This document shows, one piece after another, positions 36,198-44,740 of a stretch of DNA of 47,537 bases (its first letter is position 1; each line of letters starts with the position of its first letter). Origin of the DNA: Rubricoccaceae bacterium (lineage in GTDB: Bacteria; Bacteroidota; Rhodothermia; Rhodothermales; Rubricoccaceae); the NCBI GenBank assembly GCA_035628035.1, contig DASPKS010000180.1, forward strand, positions 1-47,537. The letters are read 5' to 3'. Below the pieces are notes generated by a model that had not been told where the DNA came from, made no database searches, and was given only the letters and a program-made list of their open reading frames with translations. Position numbers and translations under genes: made by a program.

Positions 36198-36827
36198 CTA
36201 GAACACCACGCGCAACGTGAGCGCCGGCCCGTCGGGGGTGGGCACGGCGCGGAGGGAGAGGTCCTCCCCCACGTCGAACCCCGCGAGGTGCGCGTAGACG
36301 TACGCGTCGAGGGCCTGGAGGGCGTAGGCGAGGCCAGTGCCGAGGATGGCGAGGTCGCGGTTGCGCCGCGTGCGCTCGCGGAGGGTGCGCGTGGAGGGGG
36401 CGCTGAGGGCGCCGGCCGCCACCCAGTCGTCGAAGTAGGCCGCGTGGGGGTTGCCGGGGTCGGGCGTGGCGGGGTCGGGGTCGGGCGTGGGCTCGGAGAC
36501 GACGTAGAGGTACGCCCGGCGGTACTGGCCGTACTGGGTGTGGAGATACACGGCAAACCCGGCGAGCCCCACCACCGCGCCGGCTACGACGGGCGCCTTG
36601 AGGGGCTGCCGGTTGTAGACCTGCCCCCAGCCCGGGATAAGCAGCGAGCGCCGCAGCGCGCCGCCCGGCGTGCGCCCGTCCGGGCCCGCGCTGTCGACGA
36701 CGACGGACGGCCGCGGCGGCGCGGGGGGCTTGCTAGCCGCCGTATCCGGGACGACCTGCGCGCGCGCACCGGCGGCGAGCAGCAGCCCGGCGCAGAGGAC
36801 GAGGCGCGCGAACCGGAAGCGGCGCAC
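36198..36827 (-). CDS. DUF5683 domain-containing protein
   Basis: GTG 36827, one nt after the parB stop. It has a signal peptide and the SLLIPGWGQVYNRQ motif. The position after parB is typical in Bacteroidota. Confidence 0.75.
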   Translation of the reverse strand: MRRFRFARLVLCAGLLLAAGARAQVVPDTAASKPPAPPRPSVVVDSAGPDGRTPGGALRRSLLIPGWGQVYNRQPLKAPVVAGAVVGLAGFAVYLHTQYGQYRRAYLYVVSEPTPDPDPATPDPGNPHAAYFDDWVAAGALSAPSTRTLRERTRRNRDLAILGTGLAYALQALDAYVYAHLAGFDVGEDLSLRAVPTPDGPALTLRVVF

Positions 36828-36828
36828 C

Positions 36829-37821
36829 TCAGCCGTGCAGGACCCGCTCGACGACGCGCTCGAGGTCCTCCAGCGTGTAGTACTCGATCTCGATGGTGCC
36901 CGCGCGGTCGTTCGGGCGGTGCCGAACGCTCACGCGGGTGCCGAGCGCCTCGCGGAGCTGCGCCTCGAACCCCTCGATCTGGATGCGGTCGCGCGGGGTG
37001 AGCACGGCGTCGCCGGCGGGCGCCTCCGGCGTAGCGGCATCGGCCTTCGGACGGGCGGCCCCCTTCTTGGGCCCCTTGCCCTCGCGGATCTCGCGGGCCA
37101 GCCGCTCCACCTCGCGCACGGAGAGGCCGCGGTCGAGGATGGCCCGGTGCAGCGTGAGCTGGGTCTCCTCGTCCTCGATGGCGACGAGCATCCGCGCGTG
37201 GCCCGCCGTGAGGGTGCCGTCGCGGAGGGAGGCCTGCACCCGGGGAGGGAGCCGGAGGAGGCGGAGCTTGTTGGCGATGGTGGAGCGGTCCTTCCCCACG
37301 CGCTCGGCCACCTCCTCCTGCGTCAGCCCTACCTCCTCGATAAGGCGGTGGTAGCCGAGGGCGACTTCGATGGGGTTGAGGTCCTCGCGCTGGACGTTCT
37401 CCACGATGGCCATCTCGAGGAGCGCCTTGTTGTCGGCCTCGCGGACGTAAGCGGGCACCCGCTTGAGCCCAGCCCGCCGCGCGGCGCGGAGCCGCCGCTC
37501 CCCGGCAATCAGCTCGAACCGCCCGCCCTCGATGGCGCGGACCGTGATCGGCTGGATGATGCCGAGCTGGCGGATGGACGCGGCCAGCTCATCGAGGGCG
37601 GCCTCGTCGAAGTCCTGACGCGGCTGGTACGGGTTCGGGCGGACGGCCTCGATCTCGATCTCGGCGACGCGTCCGGCCAGGCGCACGCGCTCGTCGAAGT
37701 TGTAGAGCCGCGTGCGGGGGAGCTCCTCGGCGCCCCCCTCCTGCTCGGCCTCGGGCGCGTCGGGGAGCTGCGGGATGAGGGCGCTAAGGCCCTTACCGAG
37801 GGCGGCTTTCCGGTGGGACAT
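36829..37821 (-). CDS. parB: ParB/Spo0J chromosome partitioning protein
   Basis: KGLSALI, PNPYQPRQ, GIIQPITV, LIAGERRLRAA and an HTH (LTQEEVAERVGKDRSTIANKLRLL) are present. Confidence 0.95.
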   Translation of the reverse strand: MSHRKAALGKGLSALIPQLPDAPEAEQEGGAEELPRTRLYNFDERVRLAGRVAEIEIEAVRPNPYQPRQDFDEAALDELAASIRQLGIIQPITVRAIEGGRFELIAGERRLRAARRAGLKRVPAYVREADNKALLEMAIVENVQREDLNPIEVALGYHRLIEEVGLTQEEVAERVGKDRSTIANKLRLLRLPPRVQASLRDGTLTAGHARMLVAIEDEETQLTLHRAILDRGLSVREVERLAREIREGKGPKKGAARPKADAATPEAPAGDAVLTPRDRIQIEGFEAQLREALGTRVSVRHRPNDRAGTIEIEYYTLEDLERVVERVLHG

Positions 37822-37842
37822 GGGGGCGGGCCGGGGGCCGGT

Positions 37843-39153
37843 TCAGAGGCGGGAGTCGGAGGCGCCGTTGGGCGGCGAGGGCGGGGGCTCAGCAGCGGGC
37901 AGCCGGTGCGGAAAACGCTCGGTTTCCTTCGGAAAGCGTTCGCCTTCTTGCTGGAAGCTGGCGCTTTCCTGCGGCGGCCGGGCCGTTTCGCTTGGGGGGC
38001 GGGCGGCCTCCGGCGTGAACGAATTGGCGTCGGGCGTGGTAGCGCGGGAGGCCAGGCGGATGCGGCCGGCGTCGGACGTGGGAGGCGGCGGGGCCGGGGG
38101 CGCGGCGGGGGGCGGCGGGGAAGCGGGGGCGGGAGGGCGCTGCATCTCCTCCTCGCGCACGCGCGCCGCCTCGGGCCTGGGCACGTCCTCCTCAAAGCGA
38201 GGGGCCGGCGGGGGCACGTCGGCCGGGCTGCCGTCGCCGAGGGTGCCGCGCGGCCGGACGGGGGCAGGTGGCGGCGTGAGCCGCGCGCTCGGTGCCTTCC
38301 GGTGGAGTCCTGGCGGCGGCGCCGCAGCCGTCGTCACGGACAGCGGAGCCGGGCCGTCGCTCGCCTCCCCCTTTGGCGGGTGGAGGTACCGCTGGTTGTT
38401 CTCGATGATCTCGGCGGCCAGCGCCATGTAGTTCCGCGAGCCGATGCTGATCGCGTCGTACAGCAGGACCGGCTTCCCGAACGAGGGCGCCTCCGCCACG
38501 CGGACGTTCCGCTGGATCACCGCCTTGAACACCTTGTCGCCGAAGTAGCGGCGGACCTCCGAGGCCACCTGCGCGGCCAGCCGCAGGCGCGGGTCGAACA
38601 TCGTCAGCAGCACGCCTTCGATCTCGAGGTCGGCGTTGAGGTGCTGGCGGACGATCTTGACGGTGTTGAGGAGCTGCCCGAGCCCTTCGAGCGCGAAGTA
38701 CTCCGCCTGCACGGGGATCAGCACGGAGTCCGCCGCCGTGAGCGCGTTGAGCGTGAGGAGCCCCAGGCTCGGCGGGCAGTCGATCACGACGAAGTCGTAC
38801 GTGCGCCGGATGCGCGTGAGGGCCCGCTTGAGCACCTGCTCCCGCTCCACCACGTCGATCATCTCGATCTCGGAGCCGACGAGGTTGATGTGGCTCGGGA
38901 CGACGTCGAGGAACGGCATCTCCGTCTGGCGGACGGCCTCCTCCATCGTGGCGCTCCCCGTGAGCACCTCGTAGATGGTGTTGCCGACGGTGCGGAGGTC
39001 GATCCCGAGCCCGGAGGTGCCGTTGGCCTGGGGGTCGGTGTCGAGGAGGAGCGTGGGCTTCTCCGACGCGGCGAGCGAAGCGGCGAGGTTCACCGAGGAG
39101 GTGGTCTTCCCCACCCCGCCCTTCTGGTTCGCGACCGCGATGACTTTGCCCAT
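37843..39153 (-). CDS. parA: ParA/Soj ATPase with a long proline-rich C-terminal extension
   Basis: Trimmed to ATG 39153 ([18 protein letters not shown], a deviant Walker A). The ParA core ends near ..[11 protein letters not shown] (about residue 260). It is followed in frame by about 180 aa of Pro/Ala/Glu-rich sequence. Confidence 0.92.
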   Translation of the reverse strand: MGKVIAVANQKGGVGKTTSSVNLAASLAASEKPTLLLDTDPQANGTSGLGIDLRTVGNTIYEVLTGSATMEEAVRQTEMPFLDVVPSHINLVGSEIEMIDVVEREQVLKRALTRIRRTYDFVVIDCPPSLGLLTLNALTAADSVLIPVQAEYFALEGLGQLLNTVKIVRQHLNADLEIEGVLLTMFDPRLRLAAQVASEVRRYFGDKVFKAVIQRNVRVAEAPSFGKPVLLYDAISIGSRNYMALAAEIIENNQRYLHPPKGEASDGPAPLSVTTAAAPPPGLHRKAPSARLTPPPAPVRPRGTLGDGSPADVPPPAPRFEEDVPRPEAARVREEEMQRPPAPASPPPPAAPPAPPPPTSDAGRIRLASRATTPDANSFTPEAARPPSETARPPQESASFQQEGERFPKETERFPHRLPAAEPPPSPPNGASDSRL

Positions 39154-39297
39154 GAGGATGCGCCCGTTCGACGGAGGCCGCACGGAAGAGGGGCCGTTTC
39201 GTGCGTTCGCCGCCTCGCCGCCGTGACGGGCGAATATAGGCCGGGGGCCGGAGGGGTGCAACGCGAGCACGGGCCGGCGGGTCCCCGCCGCGGCCCC

Positions 39298-39963
39298 TCA
39301 GCGGTCGCCCGTCGTGAAGCCGATCCGCTTGTGCGTGCCGTCGCAGAACGGCTTGTTGGCCGACTGCCCGCAGCGGCACAGCGACCCCTTCGCCGTAACG
39401 ACCGCCGCCCCCTCCGCGCCGCGCACCTCGACGGGCCCGCGGAGCTGGAGCGGGCCGTCCTTCGCGAGGACGATCCGCAGGGGGCCGGCGCCCTCGGGCA
39501 TCGTCGCGTTGTGGGTGCCGAGCGCGCCCGCGTCGGCGAACCCCGCTTCGAGGGCGCCGGGCTCGTGGCTCCCGTCGCAGAACGGCTTGCGCTTCGACAG
39601 CCCGCACCGGCACAGCGCCACGCGCGTGTCGCGGAGAACGACCTCGCCGTCGGGCGTCTCCACCTGGAGGTCGCCGCGCACGTACAGCGGCCCGTCGGGG
39701 ACGACCTCGACGGTGTTCGCCATCGGGGTGGGCTCGGCCCCGCCGCCGTCCTTCCGCGTGAAGTGGAGCGCGCCCGTCGGGCACCGCTGGACGACCTCGA
39801 CGATGGCGTCGGCCGCCGCCTGCGTGGGGTCGATCCACGGCTTCCGCGCCGGGTCGAACACGTGAGGCAGCCCCCGCACGCACTCAGCGGCGTGGATGCA
39901 CCGCCGCGCGTCGTAGTGGACGGCGACGCCGTCGCTCTCGTAGGTGCGCGTCGTGGAAGCCAT
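39298..39963 (-). CDS. CDGSH iron-sulfur domain protein with N-terminal divergent 4Fe-4S-like domain
   Basis: N-terminal C..C..C pattern (RRCIHAAECVRG..QRCPTGAL), then two CDGSH modules (CRCGLSKRKPFCDGSH and CRCGQSANKPFCDGTH). Confidence 0.88.
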   Translation of the reverse strand: MASTTRTYESDGVAVHYDARRCIHAAECVRGLPHVFDPARKPWIDPTQAAADAIVEVVQRCPTGALHFTRKDGGGAEPTPMANTVEVVPDGPLYVRGDLQVETPDGEVVLRDTRVALCRCGLSKRKPFCDGSHEPGALEAGFADAGALGTHNATMPEGAGPLRIVLAKDGPLQLRGPVEVRGAEGAAVVTAKGSLCRCGQSANKPFCDGTHKRIGFTTGDR

Positions 39964-40002
39964 GGCGCCCGCTACGCCGCTCGTGCGTGCACGGTTCGCC
40001 CC

Positions 40003-40671
40003 TCACATCCCGAGCGCCTGGAGGAGCCGGTCGCCGTGGACGGTGATCGACGGGACGACGATCACGTCGCGGTTGTCGAGGTAGGGCGAGGGGCTGTAGA
40101 AGACGCCCAGTTCGGGGCTGACGCCGAGGTCGCGCCAGCCGAAGCGGACGCCCGCGAACGCGCCGATGGCTGGGTCAAGGGAGGCCGCGTCGGAGGCGAA
40201 CGGGAAGGCGTGCTGCGCACGGACGCCGCCGTAGGGCGTGAGCGTCCCGCGCGGGGCCGAGGCCACGAGCGTCCCCTCCGCGTGGAGGTGCGTCCCGAAC
40301 CCGACGAGCCCCGCCCCCCCGATGAAGGCGAGCCCGGCGTCGCCCTCCCCCGCCAGTCGCCGCTTGTAGCTTGCCACGATCCCGCTCGCTCCGACGAGCC
40401 GCACGCCCATGTCGGACGCGTCGGTCAGCCCGAAGCGGACCTCGTTGTCGAGGGAGGCATAGGCGCCGTTCGCGGGTTCGCCGTCGGGCGTCTCCTCCAG
40501 CTCACGGCGGTCGGAGACGAACTGGAACGTAGCGGTGGGCACGACCTCGCCCGGCGCCACCGTCGCCGCCGTGGTGCCGACGGCGTAGGGGAAGCACCCG
40601 CTCAGGGCGAAGACGACGACGAGGAAGAGCGGCAGAACCCCGAAGGGCAACGCGAAGCGAAGGCGAAGCAT
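40003..40671 (-). CDS. hypothetical lipoprotein
   Basis: MLRLRFALPFGVLPLFLVVVFALSGC (lipobox), then a Gly/Ala-rich beta-like sequence. It carries the left copy of the 28-bp repeat. Confidence 0.7.
   Translation of the reverse strand: MLRLRFALPFGVLPLFLVVVFALSGCFPYAVGTTAATVAPGEVVPTATFQFVSDRRELEETPDGEPANGAYASLDNEVRFGLTDASDMGVRLVGASGIVASYKRRLAGEGDAGLAFIGGAGLVGFGTHLHAEGTLVASAPRGTLTPYGGVRAQHAFPFASDAASLDPAIGAFAGVRFGWRDLGVSPELGVFYSPSPYLDNRDVIVVPSITVHGDRLLQALGM
40634..40661 (-). repeat. left copy of the 28-bp perfect inverted repeat
   Basis: The plus strand reads agaaccccgaagggcaacgcgaagcgaa, the reverse complement of 44778-44805. It lies in sense orientation in the lipoprotein mRNA. Confidence 0.9.
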
Positions 40672-40719
40672 GGCGCGCGGAGAAGGGCGGCCCGAACATA
40701 CGGTGCCCCCGCGCCGGCC

Positions 40720-41379
40720 TCAACGCACAAGGCCCCGCTCGAAGGCGAGCCGCACCGCCTGTGCGCGGCTGTGCACGTGGAGCTTCTCGTAGAGGTTCTT
40801 CACGTGGCTCCGCACGGTGTGCGGGCTGATGAACAGCCGCTCGGCGATGGCCTCCTCCGTCTCGTCGGCCACGAGGCGTTCGAGCACCTCGCGCTCGCGC
40901 GCCGTCAGGCCGAGCGCCTCGGCCGCAGCGTCGCCGCGCGGGGTGGCTTCCTGCTGGCGGACGTAGCCGAGGAGCTTCCGCGCCACGAGCGGCGACATCG
41001 GCGCGCCGCCATCGGCGAGCGCGCGCACGGCCGCCACGATGTCCTCGGCGGAGGTCTCCTTGAGGAGGTACCCGCTCGCGCCGGCCTGCACCGCCGCGAA
41101 GATCTTCTCTTCGTCCTCGAAGACGGTGAGCATGAGCACCTCCACCTCCGGGTGGGTCGCCTTCAGCCGGCTCGTCGTGGAGATCCCGTCGGGGCCGGGC
41201 ATCTCGATGTCCATGAGGACCACCTCCGGGAGCACTTCGAGGTCGCCGAGGGCGGCGAGGAAGGCGGCCCCGCTCTCGGCGGCGAGGACGAGCTCGACGT
41301 CGGGGAAGAACCGGAGGCGCTCGACGAGGCGACGCCGGAGCTGGGGGTGGTCTTCGACGAGGGCGAGGCGGACGGGCAT
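40720..41379 (-). CDS. NarL/FixJ (LuxR) family response regulator
   Basis: Trimmed to ATG 41379 (MPVRLALVEDHPQL). Receiver Asp is in VVLMDIEMPG, and the LuxR HTH reads LTAREREVLERLV..ERLFISPHTVRSHVKNLYEKL. Confidence 0.93.
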   Translation of the reverse strand: MPVRLALVEDHPQLRRRLVERLRFFPDVELVLAAESGAAFLAALGDLEVLPEVVLMDIEMPGPDGISTTSRLKATHPEVEVLMLTVFEDEEKIFAAVQAGASGYLLKETSAEDIVAAVRALADGGAPMSPLVARKLLGYVRQQEATPRGDAAAEALGLTAREREVLERLVADETEEAIAERLFISPHTVRSHVKNLYEKLHVHSRAQAVRLAFERGLVR

Positions 41380-41426
41380 GGGCAGGGCTGAACGTCGTCG
41401 AAGGTGGCGCCGGGCGCGCCGGGCGA

Positions 41427-44400
41427 TCAATCCCCGGCGGAGGGGATGTTGACGGGGGCCTCCCGCGGGACAACCACGCGGACGGCCGTGCCCGCGCCGG
41501 TGTCGAGCGCGAAGTGCCCGCCCAGCTCCTCGGCGCGGCGGCGCATCGAGTCGAGCCCGAACCCGGAGAGGCCGTCGCTCGCCGCGGGCGGCTTGAACGC
41601 GCCGTCGTCGCGGACCTCCAGCGCGACGGTGCCGTCGTCCACGCGGAGGGTGACGGCGAGCTGGTCCGCGTTGGCGTACTTCAGCGCGTTCGAGACGGCT
41701 TCCTGCGCGATGCGGTAGAGGTGGAGCGCCTGCATCGGCGAGAGCGTGCACGCGGCGTCGCCCTCCACCGCGATGGTCGCAGCCGGCTGGGTGCGCCCGC
41801 GCAGGCGGTCGCGGACGTACGCCTCCACGCGCGCGCGGAAGTCCTCGCACGCGACGGCCTCGTGGCGGAGCGCCCAGATCGTCTCCCGGAGCTGGGCCAG
41901 CGTCGCACGAGCGTCGGCCTCGACGGCAGCGAGCGGGTCCTCGGGCGCGGAGCCTGTGGTGAGCGGAGCCGAACCATCGCCTGCAGGCATGGCTCCTCCG
42001 CGGCCCGCCAGCCGCGCCAGTTCGACCCCGGCCAGCAGGTTCGCCACCTGGGCGCCGACGTGGTCGTGGAGGTCGCGGCTGATCCGCGCGCGCTCGGCCT
42101 GGAGGCGCCGCGCCACCTCGAGGCGCCGGATGCGGGCGCGGTAGCGCCGCCGCACGAGGGCCCGCACGCCGAGCGCGACGGCCGCGAGCACGACGAGGAC
42201 CACGAGGGCACGGAACCACCACGTCGCCCACCACGGCGGGACGACGATGACGGGCACGGTGAGTTCGTTCGGGCTCCACGCCCCGCTCGCCGTGCCGGCC
42301 CGTACGCGGAGGAGGTAGCGCCCCGGCGGGAGGTGCGCGAACGAAGCGGTGCGCTCGGAGCCCATCGGCACCCAGGCCTCGTCGAGGGGGTCGAGGCGGT
42401 AGGCGTAGCGGACGCGCGCGGGCGCGGCGAAGGCGAGCGCGGCCACGTCCACCGAGAACACGTTCTCGTCGGGGGCGAGGCGGAGCGGCGTGCCCACAGG
42501 CGGGAGCGGACGCGCGCGGCCGAGCACGCGGAGCGACCGGAGCACGACCGGCGCCTCGAAGCGGGCCGCGCCGAGGCTGTCGGGATGGAAGACGACGAGG
42601 TGCCCGCCCGCGGCGAAGGCGAAGCGCCCGTCGGGGAGGGCAGCAGCGTCGTAGAGGCCAAACTCCGAGCCCGGCAGCCCGTCGGCCTCGGTGTAGACGC
42701 GGAGGTCGCCCGTAGCCGGGGTGAAGCGGACGAGGCCGGCCTCCGTCCCCACCCAGAGGTCGCCGTGGCGGTCCTCGAGGATCGACTTGATCGTGAGGCC
42801 GGGCATGCCGTCGCGGCGGGTGAACCGCGCGAAGTGGCCGGTGCTCGGCTTGAACCGGTTGAGCCCGCCCCCGTAGGTCCCCACCCACACCACGCCCGGC
42901 TCCGCGCGGCTCCGGTGGATCACCGTCACGACGTCGGCGCTGATCGAGGTGGGGTCCGTGTCGTCGTGGACGAACCGCTCGGCGCGGCCGGTGGCGGGGT
43001 CGAAGCGGTTGAGGCCGCCGCCGTAGGTGCCCACCCACAGCCGGCCGTCGCCCGTCTCGGCGAGCGACCAGATCGTGCTGGCTGAGAGCGAGCGGGGGTT
43101 GCCGGGTTCGTGGCGGTAGTGCGTGAACCGGCCCGTGGCGGGGTCGAGGCGGTCGAGGCCGTCCTCCGTGCCAACCCAGAGTCGACCGCCCCCGTCCTCC
43201 AGCACCACCCGGAGTGCCGACGAGGCAATGGACGTGGAGTCCCTGCCGTCGTGCGTGAAGCGGGCCGTGCGCCCGCTGGGGGCAAGGCGGACGAGCCCGC
43301 CGACGTCGTGGCGGGGCCAGCCCGCTAGCCAGAGCGACCCGTCGCGCGTTTCGAACGCGTTCGAGAGGCAGCGGGGGCGCGCGGCCTCGAGCGCGGGGAA
43401 CGTCTCCGCGAGCGGCTTGAGCTGGCCCGACACCCCGCCGAACCGGAAGAGCGCGCCGCAGAGGCTCCCCGTATAGACGTGCCCGGAGGGGCCCGCTGCC
43501 ACGAGGTGGCCGAGGTCGGTCGGCGGCAGCGGGTGCGCCTCGAATGCCTCCCAGCGCGGAACGACCTTCCGGAGGCCGGACGTCGTGGCGACCCACAGCA
43601 CCCCTTCCCGGTCCTCGATCATTCGGGAGACAGAGCCCGACGGGAAGCTCAGCGGGTCGCTGGGATCGTGCCGGTACCGGACGACGCGGCGCGTCGCGGG
43701 GTCCACGGCGAGGAGCACCGGCTCCTCCGACTCGCGCATCCAGAGCACCCCGCGCCGGTCCACGAGCAGGCCGGACCTCGCGCGCTCGCCGAGGCCGGGG
43801 ACGGTACGGAGGTCGAGCACCGTCACGAACCGGCGCGCGGCGCGGTCGAACCGCTGGAGGAAGCGAGGGCGCTGGGACGGGTACAGCCGCCAGAGCGTGC
43901 CGCGCGCGTCGAGGCCGAGGAGGCTGCCCCGGTCCGGCGGCATCCGTACCGCCCGCTGCCCCGGCGGGAGGTAGAGCAGCCCGCCCCGGTGCGCCGCCCA
44001 CACGGCGCCGTCGGCGTCGGTTACGAAGCCCCATCCGCCCGGCCCCTCCGAGAAGGGGACGCGGCCGAGCCTCCGCGATGCGGGATCGTAGCGGAGCAGC
44101 GCGGACGCGCTCCCGGCCCCCGAACCCGTCCCGATCCAGACCTTCCCCTGCCCGTCCACGGCGAGGGTGGGCTGGAAGGCGAACGAGGCGGGCAGGCGGA
44201 CCCGTTCGAACCGACTCCTTCGCGGGTCGAAGCGAACGAGGCCGAAGCGGTCCACCGCGGCCCAGAGCGCGCCGTCGGGCGCATGGGCGAGCCCCGTGAT
44301 GCGGTCACCGGGGAGCGCGCCGGGGTCGTCGGGGTCGGCGCGGAAGCGCTCGAAGGTGACGCCGTCGTAGCGGTAGAGCCCCTCCTCCGTGGCGATCCAC

Positions 44401-44564
44401 AGGAACCCCGCGCGGTCCTGCACGAGCGCATACGCGACCGTCGGGCGGTTCGAGAGCGTGCCCGGCTCGGGCACCTCGAACCGGAGCGCCGCGGGCTGCG
44501 CATCCACGCCGCCCCCCCACCCGAAGGCGGCGGCCAGGCAGACGATCCGGAGGACGTAACGCAA
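41427..44564 (-). CDS. sensor histidine kinase with periplasmic beta-propeller repeats and Y_Y_Y domain (HisKA_3/HATPase_c)
   Basis: There are many Reg_prop-like repeats (..LWVGTxxGLxRFDPATG..), a Y_Y_Y-like region (VRYAYRLDPLDEAWVPM), a TM segment (WWATWWFRALVVLVVLAAVALGV) and an H-box (RISRDLHDHVGAQ). I chose start TTG 44564, which gives the signal-like LRYVLRIVCLAAAFGW. The track start 44717 is the maximal alternative. Confidence 0.88.
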   Translation of the reverse strand: MRYVLRIVCLAAAFGWGGGVDAQPAALRFEVPEPGTLSNRPTVAYALVQDRAGFLWIATEEGLYRYDGVTFERFRADPDDPGALPGDRITGLAHAPDGALWAAVDRFGLVRFDPRRSRFERVRLPASFAFQPTLAVDGQGKVWIGTGSGAGSASALLRYDPASRRLGRVPFSEGPGGWGFVTDADGAVWAAHRGGLLYLPPGQRAVRMPPDRGSLLGLDARGTLWRLYPSQRPRFLQRFDRAARRFVTVLDLRTVPGLGERARSGLLVDRRGVLWMRESEEPVLLAVDPATRRVVRYRHDPSDPLSFPSGSVSRMIEDREGVLWVATTSGLRKVVPRWEAFEAHPLPPTDLGHLVAAGPSGHVYTGSLCGALFRFGGVSGQLKPLAETFPALEAARPRCLSNAFETRDGSLWLAGWPRHDVGGLVRLAPSGRTARFTHDGRDSTSIASSALRVVLEDGGGRLWVGTEDGLDRLDPATGRFTHYRHEPGNPRSLSASTIWSLAETGDGRLWVGTYGGGLNRFDPATGRAERFVHDDTDPTSISADVVTVIHRSRAEPGVVWVGTYGGGLNRFKPSTGHFARFTRRDGMPGLTIKSILEDRHGDLWVGTEAGLVRFTPATGDLRVYTEADGLPGSEFGLYDAAALPDGRFAFAAGGHLVVFHPDSLGAARFEAPVVLRSLRVLGRARPLPPVGTPLRLAPDENVFSVDVAALAFAAPARVRYAYRLDPLDEAWVPMGSERTASFAHLPPGRYLLRVRAGTASGAWSPNELTVPVIVVPPWWATWWFRALVVLVVLAAVALGVRALVRRRYRARIRRLEVARRLQAERARISRDLHDHVGAQVANLLAGVELARLAGRGGAMPAGDGSAPLTTGSAPEDPLAAVEADARATLAQLRETIWALRHEAVACEDFRARVEAYVRDRLRGRTQPAATIAVEGDAACTLSPMQALHLYRIAQEAVSNALKYANADQLAVTLRVDDGTVALEVRDDGAFKPPAASDGLSGFGLDSMRRRAEELGGHFALDTGAGTAVRVVVPREAPVNIPSAGD

Positions 44565-44740
44565 CGGGGGCAGCGAACGAGGCGCGGGAAAATAGGCGGC
44601 TGAGGCCGCCGCGCCTATCCGGGGCACCGCTGGCCAGGCTGCTAATTCTTTAGCGCACCCACATACGCCCCGCGCAACCCCGCCCGTTGGGGGCCGTAGC
44701 GCTGCCCGTTCGCTCACCCCTTGACGCCCTCCCGCTCCCG

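Noticed and set aside
36670-41391. A 1573-aa plus-strand ORF, the longest in the track.
   Set aside because: It is antisense to parB, parA, the CDGSH protein, the lipoprotein and the response regulator, all of which have clear family motifs. The translation is low-complexity (runs of RRGRG, GGG and similar). It is a GC artefact.
44565-44717. An N-terminal extension of the histidine kinase to the track start at 44717.
   Set aside because: The extension (MSERAALRPPTGGVARGVCGCAKELAAWPAVPRIGAAASAAYFPAPRSLPP) lacks signal or TM character and would run into the divergent receptor promoter. TTG 44564 gives a signal-like N-terminus. The choice remains uncertain.
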